A DNA stretch of 64,000 nt from Negaprion brevirostris (GCA_030324005.1 JARDVH010000084.1:44020262-44084261), one strand, 5' to 3'; positions 12,850-25,565 are shown, counted from the stretch's first letter. Notes: generated from the sequence alone by a model not told the origin. A program made the numbers and translations.

Positions 12850-13959
12850 ATGTATGTGTGAGATAAAAATTTACAACATAATGCAAGACACCAAGACTTG
12901 AATTTTATTACTAATCATTTAAATTATAATTAGCATTTCTACTTCACACTGAGTAGCAGATATAATAAACATTGAATTTATTTCCCGTGATGATTTGTAG
13001 TTTGAAATTGTGAGTGCATCACAGTATTTTTATCTAAACACGATAAGGCTCTGGAAATGTATTTGAATGAATGGAACCTTTGTTCACAGTAAATAGGAAT
13101 GAAATGAAATTATCTAAACATTACATCAAAGCTGCAGCCAAAGAAGTGGTGATCTTCCTGCAGTCAGACAGCTGGGCTGTTTAACTGTTTGCTTTGCGTT
13201 CGTCTCCACACTGTACAGACGGGGAGATAAGAAATACTTTTCCAACTGTTTCTTCAGTGGCCTCCAGTGGTCCATTTAAAGATCACTTTACAGGCAGCTG
13301 TAGAACTGGAAAAGCTAATTGGAGCTTGCACGGCTGAGCATTCCACCTTTTTCACACATTTTGTAGAATGATTCTGAAACAGACATGAGCTCTTTGCTCT
13401 AAGGCCCAGGAGACCGCAATCTGAAATTGATGCACTGGCTTTGTGCCAAAACACACATATCAGTCTCTATCCTCAGCGTGTCCAAATAGGTTTCACTGAA
13501 TGTGACCACACCATGTGCTGGGTAGGAGATTGGAGCAGGTCAACCATAGAAAACGAGCTCAATGTTCTGCAGTGTTTACATGTACACCACAATTTCCAGG
13601 TTTCTCTCCAGCTGACTCCTTTCCACACATAATGTCTACATGGGCAGTAGTGTAACTGAGCTGGTCAGTAAGGGTGAAGAATCCAGTAATACAAAAATTC
13701 AATGCAGGACCATGGAATCTTTTATTTTGCTGGTCTAATTATAGTAGATGACATAGATATGTGACAGCATATTTTGTGCAACAGTGGCAACAAAGCTGAG
13801 CTTATGATGGCATACATTGAGTATTGGGAATCAGTAAAGACATATCCTGCTCCAGTTTGGATGTACAAATGACAGCAGCAGTGGATTTTGTATAGCTGAA
13901 GCATTGTTTCTACCTACTTCTAAGTTCTCATGATGTATATCAGCATTTCATTAACCTTT

Positions 13960-14350
13960 TTGATTATTTTTCTGTTTCTGTTCATGACATTTTAATAATC
14001 TAGTTCCTGAACTCCCAGTCTGTTTGGGTACCAACTGCTTCAGGCATTTCAACATTTAGAAATTATGCTTTTCTATTCTTTATAGGCCCAAAGTAGATAA
14101 CCTCATATTTTCCTATATTGAAATTCATTTACCATATTAAATCAGTCCACCAATAAATCTTTGCAATGGTACGTTTCCATTTACACTGCTTGTGGTGCTG
14201 CCTATTTTCATGTCATCAACAAATTTGGATATGTGTCTTTCTATTCCATCAACTCAGTCATTAACAAATACAGTGAATAATTGAGACCCTGATGCAGAGC
14301 CTTGCAGATTATCATTATTCATATCTTGTCATTTAAGTAACTGCATTCTA
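13960..14350 (-). mobile_element. Old degenerate CR1 RT fragment
   Basis: ttttcatgtcatcaacaaatttgga is the reverse of SKFvDDmK (FADD motif). Upstream resembles the KCEVIHFG region. Confidence 0.55.
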
Positions 14351-15269
14351 TCTCAAGCTACCCACCAATTTTCTTTATGGGCCCGATGTTATCATCAAGT
14401 TGCACCCATCTTTGGGTGTGAAAACTTGATAAAGTCAGGCGTGACGCGAGTAGCATGATCTGCGACCGCCACCATGCCAGTTCCCTCTTTACCAAGTGCC
14501 TAAAATGGCCACGATCGAGACCACGCCAGAAACAGATGCGATGACAATTTAAATGCATTTGCATACATTTAAATTGACCTAATGGGCTGGACACTCAAAC
14601 TTACAGCAATGCCCTCTTTACCACCCCGTTCACACTTCCAGATTCAGCGCAAAACAGACATCGTCCACAAAAGTCCAATTTGGGCGCTCCAAATCTGAGG
14701 AGGTAAGTTCAGAGCTTNNNNNNNNNNNNNNNNNNNNNNNNNNNNNNNNNNNNNNNNNNNNNNNNNNNNNNNNNNNNNNNNNNNNNNNNNNNNNNNNNNN
14801 NNNNNNNNNNNNNNNNNNNNNNNNNNNNNNNNNNNNNNNNNNNNNNNNNNNNNNNNNNNNNNNNNNNNNNNNNNNNNNNNNNNNNNNNNNNNNNNNNNNN
14901 NNNNNNNNNNNNNNNNNNNNNNNNNNNNNNNNNNNNNNNNNNNNNNNNNNNNNNNNNNNNNNNNNNNNNNNNNNNNNNNNNNNNNNNNNNNNNNNNNNNN
15001 NNNNNNNNNNNNNNNNNNNNNNNNNNNNNNNNNNNNNNNNNNNNNNNNNNNNNNNNNNNNNNNNNNNNNNACTGATTGGAGCAGCAGTGCTTTGGGCACA
15101 ATGAGCCCCAACCACAGCCTTCTGCATCGCGATTCAGAATAGCTGCTTTTCTTTCAAGCAGAGTGTGTTTGGAGGCACCTGAGAACAAGTCTAAAAGTCA
15201 GTTCTGAAATACCCCCAGACTCAGCACTTAGAATCAGAATGGTAAAATCGGGCCTTATAGGTTTTAGCT

Positions 15270-15870
15270 CAGATAACAGACGTTATGAGGGATTTTATCA
15301 ACTACCTTCTGGAGTCCATATAAGTAATGTGCGTAGACATTCCTTTGTCCATCAATTAGTCACCTCTTCAGAAATTTCACTCACATCTGTTTGGCATGAC
15401 TTACTCATTACAAATGCTGATTGAAAATTTTCAGCTGATTCGAGACTTCGGTGGGATTTTACAGCCTCGCTCAGGCGAGACCAGAAATTCCTGCCCAAGG
15501 TCAATGAAAGTCTTCATTGTCGGACGTTCACCCATTCTTTTTCAGTGGCGGGTGAGATGGTAGAGTTCCAGCTGATGTGCTCAATCATCTTGCCTTTAAT
15601 TATTGACTCCAGTGATTTATCACAACTGACATTAAGGCAATTGGTCTGTAATTTGCTAGATTCCCCCTTTCACTGCTCTTAAATAGCACAGTGGCATACA
15701 CAATTTTCAAATCTAAAGTAATGATTTCTGAAATGTCCCAACTTTGTAGGGTTATAGTTACAGCATCTCCAATGGTCTCACCTGCTTCCTTTAAAATCCT
15801 GGGCCCAGAACCATCTGGTCCTCAGGATTTGTCACTGTTTAGTGCCATTATTTTCTTCAGTCCTATCATA
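15270..15870 (-). mobile_element. Degenerate CR1 ORF2 fragment interrupted by a MITE (about 15451-15573)
   Basis: Reverse of DKS.GPDG..PRILKEA and NYRPI.L.SV motifs (ccatctggtcctcaggatttgtc; caattggtctgtaatttgc). Confidence 0.6.
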
Positions 15871-16721
15871 TGCAGGGACACATTCTTTGCAAACAAGAGA
15901 AATATGTTCATACCTTGTGACTTTCTGATATTACCCAGGATCTTGGCAAAGACCTGTTGTTTTCTCCATAGCAACAACTTGGCCAATCAGATTCTGCTTT
16001 GCTAACCAATCAGCACCATTTTCTCCTGTAAGTTGTTGTGATTGTTTAAAGTTTGGCATTCTTGGATCTGTCCTGTTAAGTGCTGGATTAAAATCTTTGA
16101 TAATATGTCTCACTTTTCTGCAATATTCAGGGTCTATAATACTTTTCTCTGCAGTCTTACAAAATCAGGGCCCTGGGTTGGGTTCTTTAAAATAATAAAA
16201 CTCTCCAACATGTTTATGTTTCTTGTACCATCAAAGGTTAGGATCCATTATTTGTCGGATATTTGATTTGTATGGTTCTTAATGATCAAATATTTTTCAT
16301 TGCTATAAATGCCACCAAAATGTAAAGCTTTTGAAAGGTTATAATCGTCACTTTTGATATGGATAAATGCAGCATAGCCAAATCAAATGCTAAGACAAGC
16401 TTTTTCCTCAAAAAATGATTGGTGCAAGTACATTCCACACCTTACAAAAAAAAACAAAATAGGCTTCCAGTGGAGTTCAATAAGATCCACTTGAGAAAGA
16501 ATATCAAGTTGTGTAGGTGCGGTGTCTAGAAATTGGCAGTTAACATCAGCTGTCAATACCACAGTGACCTTTGGAATTATTTTTAACAGCGACTATTTAT
16601 AATCAGTTTCACCATCCGCAGATAACATAGCATTCATTTTTGTTATGAGACTACAAAAAAGCTTTCCACTCACAATCTGTGAATGAAGGAATTATCATTT
16701 TATTTATTATAAATAAAAGTT

Positions 16722-16838
16722 TGAAGTTTGTTTATTGTCACGAGTAGGCTAACATTAACATTGCAATTAAGTTACTGTGAAAATCCCCTAGTTGCCACAC
16801 TCTGGCACCTGTTTGGGTACACTGAGGGAGAATTTAGC
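16722..16838 (-). mobile_element. V-SINE tail type A, truncated by a gap
   Basis: tgtcacgagtaggctaacattaacattgcaattaagttactgtgaaaatcccctagttgccacactctggcacctgtttgggtacactgagggagaatttagc matches the 12560 and 21061 copies. Confidence 0.8.
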
Positions 16839-16938
16839 NNNNNNNNNNNNNNNNNNNNNNNNNNNNNNNNNNNNNNNNNNNNNNNNNNNNNNNNNNNNNN
16901 NNNNNNNNNNNNNNNNNNNNNNNNNNNNNNNNNNNNNN

Positions 16939-17235
16939 CGACCCTTTCTACTTTGTCCCCGTTGGTGTAGACAGGGGCATGTTCTCCTTTACACTTCCTG
17001 AAGTGAATGACAATCTCCTTCGTTTTGTTGACATTGGGAGAGACATCATAGTTGCTGTACCAGTTCACTACATTCTCTGTCTCATTCCTGTACTCTGTCT
17101 TGTCATTGTTTGAGATCTGACCCACTACAGTGGTGTCATCAGCAAATATGAAAATCGAATTGGAGGGGAATTTGGCCACACAGTCTTGGGGGAACGAGGA
17201 GTATAGCAGGGGGCTGAGGACATAGCCTTGTGGGT
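16939..17235 (-). mobile_element. Rex1/Babar-type LINE RT fragment
   Basis: ORF 16772-17179: FIFADDTTVVGQISNNDKTEYRNE..NVNKTKEIVIHFRK. Confidence 0.85.
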
Positions 17236-17577
17236 TGACTGAGTTCCTTGATTTATAGTCTCACAAAAATACTGCCATCGCCTCCACCAGGGGATAGTGC
17301 GTCACCAGGGGGTGTCAGACAAGCATCTGATGACACAGAGATGGCGGAGGGGGTAAGAGCAGGTTTGTCAGCATTAGCATGGAGGCTGACGTCATGTTGT
17401 CAGATGATATCAACAAGGAATAACATGTGGATGAGTAAAAGTGGATGGGGGAGGGGGTGTTCGAATCCCCCCACGGCAGATGGTGAAATTTGCAAACAAA
17501 ACTTGGAATTAAAAAGTTAACAATTACTGTTTGGAACGGGTTAACTGCATCCTTCCACTTCAGACCTAATTTGAACA

Positions 17578-17922
17578 AAGAACAAGGAGAAGAACGAAGA
17601 ATATTACAGGATGGAAACAGGCCCTTCCTCCCTCCAAGCCTGCACCGACCATGCTGCCCAACTGAATTAAAACCCCCTCCCCTTCCGGGGACCGTATCCC
17701 TCTATTCCCATCCTGTATTTGCATTTGTCCAGATGCCCATAAAACTCACTATTGTATCCGCTTCCACTACCTTTCCCAGCAGTGAGTTCCAGGCACCCGC
17801 CACCCTCTGTGTAAAAAACTTGCCTCGTACATCTCCTTTAAACCTTGCCCCTCGCACCTTAAACCTTTGCCCCCTAGTAATTGACTCTTCCACCCTGGGA
17901 AAAAGCTTCTGACTGTCCACTA
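17578..17922 (-). mobile_element. CR1 LINE 3' end
   Basis: ORF 17702-17920 LFPRVEESITRGQRFKVRGARFKGDVRGKFFTQRVAGAWNSL, plus a microsatellite-like tail. Confidence 0.88.
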
Positions 17923-17951
17923 TCTTGACAGAGATTGATTAGATTCTTCAT

Positions 17952-18075
17952 ATTTTTGACTGAATTCAAATTCTACCATCTATTGTGGCAGGATTTGAAC
18001 ACAGGTCCCCAGGACATTAGCTGAGTTTTTGGATAAATAGTCTAGCAATAATATCACGAGGCCATCACCTCCTCT
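17952..18075 (-). mobile_element. 5' part of a tRNA-like SINE (same family as 43595-43880)
   Basis: Minus strand gaggaggtgatggcctcgtgatattattgctagacta...gacctgtgttcaaatcctgccacaatagatggtagaatttgaattca. Confidence 0.6.
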
Positions 18076-18319
18076 ATGACAAAGACGTCATGGATATAAG
18101 ACAAAGAAAGTGGTAACGATACCACTTAAAGACTCCAGCATTTGTTCAGAGCAGACAGTAATAGCTAATTAAAGAGCTCCGATAACATCAAAGATATCAA
18201 CCCTGGTTCAATGGGTAACACTCTGACCTCTGGGACTGAAGATCATGCACTCAACCTTCACTCCGAACCCTTGAGAAAATAAATTAAGTTGCCATTCCAG
18301 TGCAGTACTGAGAGAATGA

Positions 18320-18575
18320 TCATCATGGGAGATTTTAATCAACATATAGGCTGGAATAAACAGACGGGCAAGTCAAGTGCAGATGACAAATTTATAGAAC
18401 GTTTTTGGGATAATTTTTTCTATCAGTCCATTCTGGAGCCAACCAGGGAATAAACTATATTGAACCTTATGCAAGAGATCGAATTAATTAATGACCTAAT
18501 AGTGAAGGTGCCCCTTGGTAGCAATAATCATAATGTGATTGAAATTTACATTCAATTTGAGGAGAGAAAAGGATG
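18320..18575 (+). mobile_element. CR1 LINE endonuclease-region fragment
   Basis: atcatcatgggagattttaat encodes IIMGDFN. ctggagccaaccagggaa encodes LEPTRE. cttggtagcaataatcataat is a decayed LGxSDHN. Confidence 0.7.
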
Positions 18576-18589
18576 AACCTTAAACTAAT

Positions 18590-19130
18590 GGTGGCATTCG
18601 CCCCAAAAAAAATTCCATGTTTCAAATTTGCGTAAAAACTGGAACAAATCCCGCAGGGTTTTTTTCAGCGGGACTTTAAAAATATGAATCTCCCCCACTC
18701 TGTGCATCACAGAGAGTCCTAGCATGAACTGTGCTGAAAATCTGTGTGTGGGGCCTATTCCCACTGGAGAGGCCAGCAGCTGATCTGTCTTCCCCGAGAT
18801 GGGTGCGTGCACAGTAACCCCGCACTGGCTAGCTCGACCACTGGCCAGCCCCACAAACTCGCATTGCAGTCCATGCGAGCCCCACCCCCCACCCCACCAT
18901 TGCCCTGATCACTGGTGGCCCCCGCACCACCCCTGCCGAACGTAAGATTGAAATGACTGTGTTAATGATTTTTGTACCACCCCACTGATTTCTAGCATGG
19001 AGCAGACGCCGGTGGAAATCCAGCGCTGGGAGACGCTAGCGGGGCCCAAACCCCACAAATCAACCAATGTGACAATCTCCCAGCCCGCTATGCAAAACAA
19101 TTAGTGCAGCGGGATGGGAGAATCGCGGCC
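18590..19130. mobile_element. Putative non-autonomous Harbinger-like DNA transposon
   Basis: GC-rich block with imperfect inverted ends (ggcattcgccc.../...gggagaatcgcggcc) lying between two CR1 pieces. Confidence 0.45.
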
Positions 19131-19134
19131 AAGA

Positions 19135-19490
19135 TCTCGAGGGGATTGACAGGATGGATGTTCCCTCTTATGGGAGTGTCTATGACAAGGTCACCTATTC
19201 AAAGATGAGGCATTGGCCATTTTAGACAGAGGTGAGGAATATCTTTTTCTCTCAGACGTTTGTGTGGCTTTGGAATTTTCTTCCTCAAAAGATGGGTGAG
19301 AGAAGTCTTTGAATATCTTTCAGGCTGAAATAGATAGATCCATGGGAAGCAAGGGGGCGAAATGTTATCGGGGTTCGGCAGAAATATAAAGTTGAGGTTC
19401 AAATTAGATTATCCATGAGTTTATTGAATGGTGGAGCAGACTCGAGGGGCTGAGTGGCCTACTCCTGCTCCTAAATCATACGTTCATATG
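19135..19490 (+). mobile_element. CR1 LINE 3' end
   Basis: ttattgaatggtggagcagactcgaggggctgagtggcctactcctgctccta tail. Confidence 0.8.
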
Positions 19491-19524
19491 AACTGGTGTG
19501 GGAGCCATCTTTCTGTTGAGAGCC

Positions 19525-19657
19525 TGGGGCGAATTTTCCTGTCATTCCTGACGCATGAATCATACTGGGCGAAGGGCAGCGGACCACAGAAAGTTCTGTT
19601 GATCTCGGGTGGGATTTTCCAGTTTTGGAGTGAGTGTGGTCGGAAAGTCCCAGCCCC
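19525..19657. mobile_element. Short MITE with Harbinger-like TIRs
   Basis: ggggcgaattttcc ... ggaaagtcccagcccc imperfect TIRs. Interrupts the Deu-SINE. Confidence 0.55.
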
Positions 19658-20789
19658 TATCTGGCCTCTCAGGTGGAAATAAAAGATTGGACAGTACTAC
19701 TTCAAAGAAAAGCGTTGAGATTCACCCCAGTGTCCCTGCCAATCATTATCCCTCAAACAGCATCACTGAGACATAGTTATTGTTCGTCTCATTCCTATTC
19801 ATGGGAGCTTGCTGTGCTTAAACTGATGTTTCCTACTTTACAGCAGTGACTACTTCACTGGTATTTCAAAGGTACTCCACTGACTGCAAAACCTTTTGAA
19901 ATATCCTGAAAGAGCAATAAAAAATGAAGGTTCTTTATTTCTGCCAGGGTTTGTAGTGAAAGATCAAATGTGAATAACAACCATTTGGGCACCATGTGGG
20001 GGAACGCCTGCTGCCTGAGGGACTCTGCCTCAGTAGGATGCTTTTGTCAGAGGAGCCAAAAGCAGAGAAATCATGTAGAATCTCCAGCAATGGAACCGCA
20101 CTGGTTAATGCCGTTCAAAATACAATATATCATCAGCGATGCTGACCGAGATTATGCGTCCTGCCTTTCTTCCAGCAATGCAATCAGATCCATTCACCTT
20201 GAAACAATAAAAAGCATCAAATCCATTCTCTGGGACAGAAATGAAAAGCTGCTATTATCAAATCAAGCATTTCCCTTGCAGAAACTGAGTGAAGAGGCAA
20301 TAATTAAATATCAAGCAGGCAGATGCATCATTTACCCCCATCATCAACATCAACCAGATGTTGCTGCATCTGCATCCGCTGTGATCCTCGCACTGAATAG
20401 AACCGCACACAATGTTCATTATCCCATCATGGTTCAGTCGCAATTCTCATTGTTAATGGGGCAATGGATTTAAATCATTCAAATCACCTTAATCAATATA
20501 TTTACACAGCGGCACCATGTTAAAAATATTGTGCAATGTAGTGAAGCCCTACTGCCAGTCCAAGACTCTTCTTATGAGTGTATTTTGGTTATTTCTCTCA
20601 TCCTTGTTACAAGCATTTCTGCACAAAAGAGAACGATGTGTGGATTGGAGTTTAAACAACCCTCCTGGTACCCTCTATATTCTTATCAAAATGATGAGAA
20701 TTGTTGACGACTCTCTGTTAAGAAATAATATAATTTGAATATAGTGACTACGTGTTGGAGAAGAAAGGCAAAGAGTTGGCAGCTAGATA

Positions 20790-21055
20790 TTTTTAATTTA
20801 TTGATGGATCGTGGGCCTCGCTGGCTGGGCCAGCATTTATTGCCCATCCCTAACTGGCCTCCAAAAGACAGTGGCAAGCTACCCACTTCAACTTTGGAGT
20901 CCACTTAGTAAAAGTGCAGCCACAGTGCTGCTGGGGAGGGAATCCCAGGATTTTGACTCAATGAAGTTGAAGGATACAGTTCCAGGTCAGCATGGTGCAT
21001 GATCTGGAGGAGAAATTGCAGGTAGTGGTGTTCCCATGCATCTGCTGCACTTGTG
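20790..21055 (-). mobile_element. 3' end of a CR1-superfamily LINE (probably the family at 37545-38550)
   Basis: Minus strand ends ttagggatgggcaataaatgctggcccagccagcgaggcccacgatccatcaataaattaaaaa. Confidence 0.6.
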
Positions 21056-21060
21056 TGTGT

Positions 21061-21351
21061 AGTGTCACAAGCAGGCTTTTGTTAACATTGCAATGAAGTT
21101 ATTGTGAAAATCCCCTGGTCGCCACACTCCGACACCTGTTTGGGTACACTGAGGGAGAATTTAGCATGGCCAATGCACCTAACCAGCACATCTTTCAGAC
21201 TGTGGGAGGAAACAGGAGCACCCCGAAGAAACCCACACAGACAAGGGGAGAATGTGCCAGCTCCACACAGACAGTGACCCAAGCCGGGAATCAAACCCAG
21301 ATCCCTGGAGCTGTGAAGCAGCAGTGCTAACCACCATGCCACTGTGCCACC
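21061..21351 (-). mobile_element. tRNA-derived V-SINE (HE1-like), full length, tail type A
   Basis: Head gtggcacagtggcatggtggttagcactgctgcttcacagctccagggatctgggtttgattcccggcttgggtcactgtctgtgtggag, then V-domain and tail A. Confidence 0.88.
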
Positions 21352-23287
21352 CACAAGGCTGCTATAGGAAGGTACCATTGATTATACTTAAAAAAAACTT
21401 TTACTTCTGTTTCAAATGTGCCTATAATGCGATATATCGGTCCTAAAATTAGTACTTTTTTTCTGTCTGCGTGTTTTATTAGCTAACTTTCCAAATCTGC
21501 CAGCAAGATAATCCAATGACACTTTCACATTACTGGGAAGGGAACACTAAGTACAGGCTCAATGGCAGTTGAGCTGAGCATTTTTCTACCAGATATTGCT
21601 AAAGCAGCTATTCACCAGAATCACTAATATTCTGTTCTAGGGGGCTGGTCAATTTATGAACTTCCTAACTCAAACAGCTGGCAAACAAAGAGAGAAAATT
21701 AACCAGATCTCTGGACTGCCATCTTCCCACAGATTCAAGGAACAATTGAAAGATCACATGTGCCTCTGAAGCCCCATTTGATAGGGCCTTTAATGTTATG
21801 AACGGAAGGACTTATTTTATTCTTCAGCACATGTGCAGTTCCCTAATCATCTTATCCTACACATCAATACTACTTACTTAGGAAGCCACCTTAGTGCTTC
21901 ATAAAGTTACAGTCTATCATGTCAGTCATCAGTGACTCAGAATTGTATACCAAGTAAGCTGGTTAGTTGATGTAGCCTTGCTTGATGATTCCAGGAACAT
22001 CTCCACAGACAGAGTGGAACAGTAGATACACCTGACACTGGCAGTGTGTTTACTAGTGGCGGAGTCAGCTAAGCATTGGCTGCTGGTCCTGCCAAAGTCT
22101 ATGGTATTTTGCATGGCTCACCCATCCTGCTGCCAGAGATTCCGCCGCAGGGCATCGCCTGTGGCAGAACCAGAAGATCCCGCCAATGGGAAGGACTGGA
22201 AAATTCCTCCTGTATGGAAGCTACTGATGATTGTTTATTCTCAGGAATTGGATAAATAGTTAAAGTGAGGCTCTCTGTTGGTCTATGCAGCCAAAGCAGG
22301 GGAGTGGGACAAATTTGATAACTCTTTCAAAGAGCTAACACAGTCATAATTGGCTGAATGACCTCACTCTGTGCTAGTCATTCTCTAATTATAAGGTTCA
22401 GTGAAGATAGTTGGATCCCTGAATCCTCAGGGGATTTCAACCCCATAGCAGAGGACCTTGCCCTGTGGCAAGCTGCCACCTGGCTCTGAGTGCTGCACTA
22501 TATTAGACCATGCTGATTCATTAACTGACCCACACTGAGTGCCACTGTTGGTAGGGATGAAGCTCATGATGACCTAATCAGGAAGATTGTTCCTCCCTGA
22601 GGTGTCCTCTTCAGAAAGCTTTTGCTGCCCAGAAGGACCTGGAGGAAAGGAAAAATCAGCAACTGAGGGGATGGCACTGATAGGCTAGACAGTAGCAGAT
22701 CACAATTATCTCATTATAACTCCATGAAGTCAAACTGTGTGATTATGGGGAGTTTCAAGGTCCCTTACCAGCGTATTTCAAAATGGGAGGTGGGGGACAC
22801 TCAAATAAAAGTGTCTATCCTACTGACTTCCCATCCATCTCCGTGCTATTCCCCATCTTGTTGGGGGTGGGGGGGCAGGTGGTGTAAGGCAGTGAATATG
22901 TCACCCACTTATGTTGTGATCTGCTCAGTTTCCCTTCCACTTAGAATGTCACTTCCTATCAAAATGTGCAGTCAGACCTACATTCAAGGCTCTGTTTAAA
23001 CTGTCAGCTGTTCCATCTTTCTGAAACTAGTTGTTAGTCTTTTGTCTGTTTTTCTTTAAGTTTGGATGCTTCGGCTTTTGGTGAATGCTTTCTGGAGTTT
23101 TCTTTGGAATACCACCTCAAAAATAGTCCATGATGTTAACAGATGGTAATTGAACCCACAAGGATTGGCATTAACCCATTTTTTTTATTCCGATAATCTT
23201 CCAGGTTGTTCCTGATGACCAATCCCATTGTTGCTCCAACTATTAATATAAAATCAATGAGTTTGTAGGTGTCCAAATTAGCTGTGA

Positions 23288-23452
23288 TGTGGAGATGCGA
23301 GTGTTGGACTGGGGTAGACAAGATGAGAGGTCACATGACACAAGATGAGAGGTTACACGACACAAAGTCCTGACAGAGGAGCAGTGCTCCAAAAGCTTGT
23401 GATTTCAAATAAGTCTGTTGGACTATAACCTAGTGTTGTGTGACCTCTCAAT
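23288..23452. mobile_element. PLE-derived fold-back element (family A), internally deleted, with hammerhead remnant
   Basis: tgtggagatgcgagtgttggactgggg...cctgacagaggagcagtgctccaaaagcttgtg...gttggactataacctagtgttgtg. TSD ttagctgtga at 23278-23287 and 23453-23462. Confidence 0.7.
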
Positions 23453-23734
23453 TTAGCTGTGACTCTTATTTTTGAAGATGGAAACCAAGTTTTGATGTTT
23501 TCAACCCAGTGAGACTTCCTTTACATTTCTTGACTCCCTCATGATGATGTATTTACTTATTTATAGTACTGGGCTACTGTTGATGTTGGATTTGCTAACT
23601 ATTGTAGTGGTAAGGCATATGCAAGAAAATTGACTCCAATAGATTCCCTTTAGATTAAAGCTGAAGTTCACACAGATCAATTCAAGCATTTGATTTTAAT
23701 CTCCTGCTTCACAGTTGGGAATCAAAACACTTTT

Positions 23735-23850
23735 GTGGAAAACCTCCATCCTCATCAGCGGCTGGGATTCTCCAGCGCCACTGCAGTGAATGGAATTTTG
23801 CTGAGTGCCAGATTCTACGAGCTCACTGGCAGCGGGATCGGAGAATCCAT
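23735..23850 (-). mobile_element. Short MITE (family of 32899 and 47714)
   Basis: gctgggattctccagcgccactgcagtgaatggaattttgctgagtgccagattct is the reverse complement of the core of 32899-33030. Confidence 0.6.
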
Positions 23851-23894
23851 GGCACTGTGAGGCAGTAATGCTAATCATTGTGCCACCATTGTAC

Positions 23895-24715
23895 AAGAAC
23901 TGGCGCAGGGGTTTAGCTATTGGTGAGATGGATAACTGATATCAAACCACAAGGATCTGTGTTGGGCCCCCAATTATTCCTCATTTATATAAATGACATT
24001 GATGACTATATGGGAGATAGGATTAATAAGACCTCTGGAGGTGGAAGAGCATGTTAGTAAGGGTGGTGAAAAGGGCATATGGGACACTTGCCTTTATCAA
24101 TCGAGGCATAGATCACAAAAGCAGGGAAGTCATGTTGGAGTTGTATAGAAATTTCAGGAGGCCACAGCTAGAGTACTGTGTGCAGTTCTGGTCACCACAT
24201 TATGGGACGAACATGATTGTATTGAAGTGGGTGCAGAGGAGATTCATCAGGGTGCTGCCTGGAATGGAATATTTAAGTAATGAAGAGAGGTTGAGTAGGC
24301 TTGGTGTTGTTTTCGTTGGAGCAGAAAAGAATAAGGGGCGACCTGAGTGAGGTGTTCAAGATTATGAGAACATGGACAGAGTCGATAAGGAGCAGCTGTT
24401 CCCTCAGCTGAAGGGTCAGTCACGAGGGGCAATAGGTTCAAGCTGGTGGCAGGAGGTTTAGAGGGGCTGTGAGGAAAAATTTTTTTATCCACAGGGTGGT
24501 GATGATCGGAAATACGCTGTCTGGGAGGGTGGTAGAGGCAGGTTGCCTCGCATCCTTTTAAAAAAAGTATCTGGATGAGCACTTGGCACATCATAACAAT
24601 CAGGGCTGTGGAGCAAGTGCTGGCGGATGGGATTAGGTGGGAGTTGAGATGTTTCTAATCTGTCGGTGCGGACCCGATGGGCCGAAGCGCCTCTTCTATG
24701 CTCTATGATTCCATG
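23895..24715 (+). mobile_element. CR1 LINE 3' fragment
   Basis: ORF 24051-24350 KRAYGTLAFINRGIDHKSREVMLELYRNFRRPQLEYCVQFWSPHY. Tail gatgggccgaagcgcctcttctatgctctatgattccatg. Confidence 0.9.
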
Positions 24716-24739
24716 CTAGGGACACTGTTTAAACAGAGA

Positions 24740-25565
24740 TATGATGTGGAGATGCCGGCGTTGGACTGGGGTAAACACAGTAAATGTCTCACAACACCAG
24801 GTTAAAGTCCAACCAGTTGTTGCAAATGTGAGGTTATCCACTTTGGTAGAAATAGTAGTAGGAGGGATTATTATTTAAAGGGTGAAAAGCTGCAGCATGT
24901 TACAATGCAGAGGGACCTGGGGGTCCTTGTGCACGAATCACAAAAACCCAGTCTGCAGGTGCAGCAGGTGATCAAGAAGGCGNNNNNNNNNNNNNNNNNN
25001 NNNNNNNNNNNNNNNNNNNNNNNNNNNNNNNNNNNNNNNNNNNNNNNNNNNNNNNNNNNNNNNNNNNNNNNNNNNNNNNNNNCTCAGAAAGGACAGTAGG
25101 ACTAGAGGGCACAGCCTCAAGATAAAGGGGGGGCAGTTTAGAACAGAGTTGAGGAGGAATTTCTTCACTCAAAGGGTGGTGAATCTCTGGAATTCTCTGC
25201 CCATTGAATTGGCGGAGGCTACCTCGTTGAATATATTTAAGTCACGGGTAGATTTCTGATAGACAAGGGGATTAAGGGTTATGGGCGAAAGTGGGAAAAT
25301 GGAACTGAGCCACTTCAGATCAGCCATGATCTTATTGAATGGCTGGGCAGACTCGAAGGGCTGGGTGGCCTACTCCTGCTCCTATTTCTTATGTTCTTAT
25401 GTTCAGTTTATTTGATAATAAACCCACAAACTTTCGGAAACACTGTTCCTTTGTCAGGAAGGTTCCACACACCTGACAAAGGAACAGTGTTTCCAAAAGC
25501 GTGTGGGTTTATTATCTAATAAACTGGTTGGACTTTAACCTGGTGTTGTGAGACTTTTTACTGTG
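24740..25565. mobile_element. PLE-derived fold-back element (family A) with two inverted hammerhead-like motifs, interrupted by a CR1
   Basis: Left arm 24740-24818 plus 25409-25458, right arm 25472-25565 (its reverse complement). TSD taaacagaga at 24730-24739 and 25566-25575. Confidence 0.8.
24819..25403 (+). mobile_element. 5'-truncated CR1 LINE nested in the family A element
   Basis: KCEVIHFGR..MQRDLGVLVHESQK..QVQQVIKKA and a (ttcttatg)n tail. Flanked by cagtt at 24814-24818 and 25404-25408. Confidence 0.88.

Larger units (their letters stand above)
18205..19940 (+). mobile_element. Deu-SINE (SacSINE1-like) split into three pieces (about 18205-18320, 19495-19523, 19660-19940) by nested insertions
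   Basis: Head ...ccagtgcagtactgagagaatg, middle gtgggagccatctttctgttgagag, and Deu domain ctctcaggtggaaataaaagat...ttatccctcaaac...tgggagcttgctgtgc...tttcctac...agtgactac are colinear with the recalled consensus. Confidence 0.65.
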
